Origin: Azolla caroliniana
Taxonomy: Eukaryota; Plantae; Polypodiophyta
Assembly: GCA_043228905.1 (NCBI GenBank)
Contig: JBHGNT010000012.1
Span: 12,276,001-12,340,000, forward strand
Length of the DNA stretch: 64,000 nt
Direction: 5' to 3'
Shown in pieces: positions 61,137 through 64,000 of the stretch. A model generated the notes under the pieces. That model did no database searches, had not been told where the DNA came from, and saw only the letters and a list, made by a program, of their open reading frames with translations. Every line of letters starts with the position of its first letter. Within the stretch, counting starts at the first letter, position 1. Made by a program: the position numbers and the translations under genes.

Positions 61137-61689
61137 TGTTGAGGATTGTACCGGCCACAACCGGTTGACACTCGTGTGCGTATGCATGTGCAAAGATCGA
61201 GAATGATAGTGCATAGAGAAACAGAAGTACAAAGACACAGGTTGAAAAACCTGAAATGGGAAAACCGCGGGAGCCCATAGACTCCGAACTAAATCACTAT
61301 ATATGGAGAGGAATACAAGGAGACTCAAGGGCAATGACCTCGAACTCATCTTCGTCTAACAGATGGCGGTAGAGTTACAACTCTCGCTCTGTCTTTGTCT
61401 TTGTCTCTCTCTTCCTCAATTAGTTACAAAGGCAACAACCCACAGTAACTATACAACAATATTCAACCCTATGTACACTAACTACTTGCCCTAAGTATAT
61501 TTATACTCATATACAAGTTGGGCAATTTACAAATATAGCCCACTAAGGGCACCAATGAGGCTATTTACAATTATAGCCTCGAGTCGGCTTCAGCCGACTC
61601 GACTATTAGCCTAATCGATTTTTCGATTTTGCGGTCAATTGGTTTTCACCTCGTACTCTTCCCATCCGGAGGGACCAGTTTTCCCAACA
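61137..61689 (-). repeat. Copia solo LTR, TSD GTATG
   Basis: Minus strand begins TGTTGGGAAAACTGGTCCCTCCGGATGGGA; GTATG on both flanks. Confidence 0.9.
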
Positions 61690-61699
61690 GTATGTAAGC

Positions 61700-62400
61700 T
61701 ACGTCGCATGGAAGCAACGGTTCGAATGGCAGACAACAGAATGGGGTCTAACGTGTATCGATGTGTACGGTTTCCCCGTTCCGTGAAAAATATGGTTTTG
61801 TAATCAAGTGCAAAAAGTGTAGTATAATGTGTGAAGCGTGAGCCTCCACATTTTCCCCATGTCATGATACATTGGCGTTGCAAAAAGACGTCATTTACAG
61901 ATGAACCTAGTGATGCATCTTGAAGCAAATGTGTTGCATCCCATCTACCAACCCAATTTTTCATATCTTGCATCTAACCGGAACACACAATTTTGCTTTT
62001 ATGTGTCTTTTAGATCTTTTTGCTTGCTTCCCATGCGATTCTAGGAAGTCGATGTGAGGAACTTTTCTGAACCTTAAGCATGTATTCAACAACCCTTTCC
62101 ATGGCCATGATCTCAATAGGAAGTGATCTCGTCTCAATGATGAGGAGGATCTATGACGTTTGTTTCTTAATTTGTAGAAACTTTGTAAGAAAATGTTTTT
62201 GGACATTTTCAAAACTCTTTCCAAGTAGATTTAGGGATGCTACCACACCATACTTCCATCCCATAGAGAAGCATTGGTGTCACCAAAGTGTCGAAAAGGT
62301 ATTTCTTGCGAACCCAACACTTAATATCTCCACGATTGCATGAGTTCTCAATTGCATAATATGCTCGCTTTCCCCCCTCTAAGCGGTGTGTAGCACATTC
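61700..62400 (-). mobile_element. Non-LTR retrotransposon RT C-terminal remnant
   Basis: KYLFDTLVTPMLLYGMEVW...VQKHFL motif typical of the LINE post-RT region; clade not assigned. Confidence 0.7.
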
Positions 62401-62422
62401 ATTCCATCTATGATTCAAAAGA

Positions 62423-62427
62423 ACTTC

Positions 62428-62483
<56 letters not shown>
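62423..62483. repeat. (AG)n microsatellite
   Basis: About 30 perfect AG units. Confidence 0.97.
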
Positions 62484-62487
<4 letters not shown>

Positions 62488-64000
62488 GTGTTGAATATGA
62501 AGAAAGATAAGTTTGGTTTATGTGATAGATGGAGTTCAAGATTACTGCACTCCAGGATGGAATCCTTCCATTGTGGATTGCATTGTGAGAGTTGCAATTT
62601 GAGTGGAAAAGAGAGAACTAAAATAGTCGCAATAACAATGTAATGCTTTTAACACGCAATTAATATAATTGTTTTGTTTTAATAAAGAGGGTTGGCAAAT
62701 GCATACATACAAGTTACAAAAATTGAATTGTTAGTTACACTCCATCCAACCTTTGTTCATTCCCAAACACTATTGAAGAACCCAATAATTTTATTTAAAC
62801 CATTAAGTTTTGTTCTATCCCATTATTTCTAATTCTTGTAGGGTGAAAACGGAAGAGTAGATTTAGGGCGAAATTTTAGAATATATAATAACAAATATTC
62901 TAAGGGACGAACTCTTTTGTATATTATTGATGCATTGACATTGCTTGAAGACATCCATCAAATGTTGTACATTGTGTTTGGGAATATGTGAAGAGCTCAA
63001 GACTCAATAAGGATGCCTTAAGGGTCTTCATGCATATGTTAAGTTAATACTTTTCTCGTAAGACAAAATCCACACAATATGGTGTGTATCTTGAATACTA
63101 GACAAATGGACATCATAATGTTATTGAGAACTCGTACTAATAAACCAACAATGTATGGAAGGCTCATGTCTTTGGCACTATGTTGAACAATGTTTGTGCG
63201 TCTTTTTTACTATTTCTCAAATTAAAACTTAAAAGACATTATTTTGATATGATGAATGCTTATATATATGTTTTTGCCTCCACCATCCATGAACTATGTA
63301 TATATGTTTGGGAAATTTCAGTGTTCTTATTTATGTCTCATGTTTTGGGGGGGGGGGGGACCTAAGCTCTCATTTTAATTGATGTTCAATATCTATATGA
63401 TGATTTGGCTCAGCCCCTGGGTGAGAAGAATGTTATAACCCAACAATCTAGATTACGTGACATGAAAGCCTATTTATTTCGAATGGGCTATACCAATCCT
63501 TATATCATTCATAGGGTAAATACATGACTTGTTAGAATATCCTAGTTTAATTTAGGAGAATGATAACAAGGCATGCATATATAGCACACACATTTAATGA
63601 TGTGCATGTCTTTTGCAAGAGAATATGCTCATGTACCAAGTAATTGAGTCAAAGAGTTCACACTACAATTCGCACTTGGTGAGAAAGAGGACAAAAGGTG
63701 ACACAAATGGGGATGAAAATGTTGTTGTGTAAATGGTTCATGCAAAGAATTCTTCTATAGGAAGACATTTATCTAGTGGCCCCAATAGAGAATATATTAT
63801 TGTACATTGCAGTGAAATATGACCCATAAGACTAAAACTGAAACATTTCCACAATGCGTGGAGTTAAGTGATTCTTGATCTTTAAGAATTTTACCAATGA
63901 AGGTTGCAATTCAGAGTGCACATTGTGATTGTGAAAGAAATGTGCGTAGTGATTGAACCAAATTGATAATGTGTGGAAAGCAAGCTCGAAGGCTGAGCAT

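Noticed and set aside
62490-64000. Possible host gene exons or promoter in the AT-rich tail
   Set aside because: No recognisable ORF or supported splice structure.

Overview
A eukaryotic, gene-free block of nested retrotransposons, most likely from a non-seed land plant such as a moss (inferred from the element types). No host gene, rRNA, intact tRNA or CRISPR array is supported. Boundaries were read by eye from TG...CA termini, PBS/PPT and target-site duplications (TSDs). Contents: (i) seven insertions of a non-chromovirus Ty3/gypsy group with tRNA-Trp PBS and 4-bp TSDs (Phygy-like), some autonomous-type and some non-autonomous; (ii) Tcn1-like chromoviruses with iMet PBS; (iii) two Ty1/copia families, including a Tork/Tto1-like element spanning 37011-58402 that hosts four nested insertions; (iv) a pol-less Tat/Athila-like element at 37341-40737; (v) decayed LINE remnants and microsatellites. 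Nearly all ORFs are broken. Four signals stand out. First, three unrelated gypsy LTR families carry an antisense tRNA-like A-box/B-box cassette in U3 with an invariant 43-nt spacing. Second, the 37341-40737 element has a tRNA-Arg 3'-end copy ending in CCA where the polypurine tract should be. Third, all six readable Phygy-like target sites are 4-mers centred on CpG. Fourth, a covarying 20-nt hairpin precedes the PPT in five Phygy-like elements.
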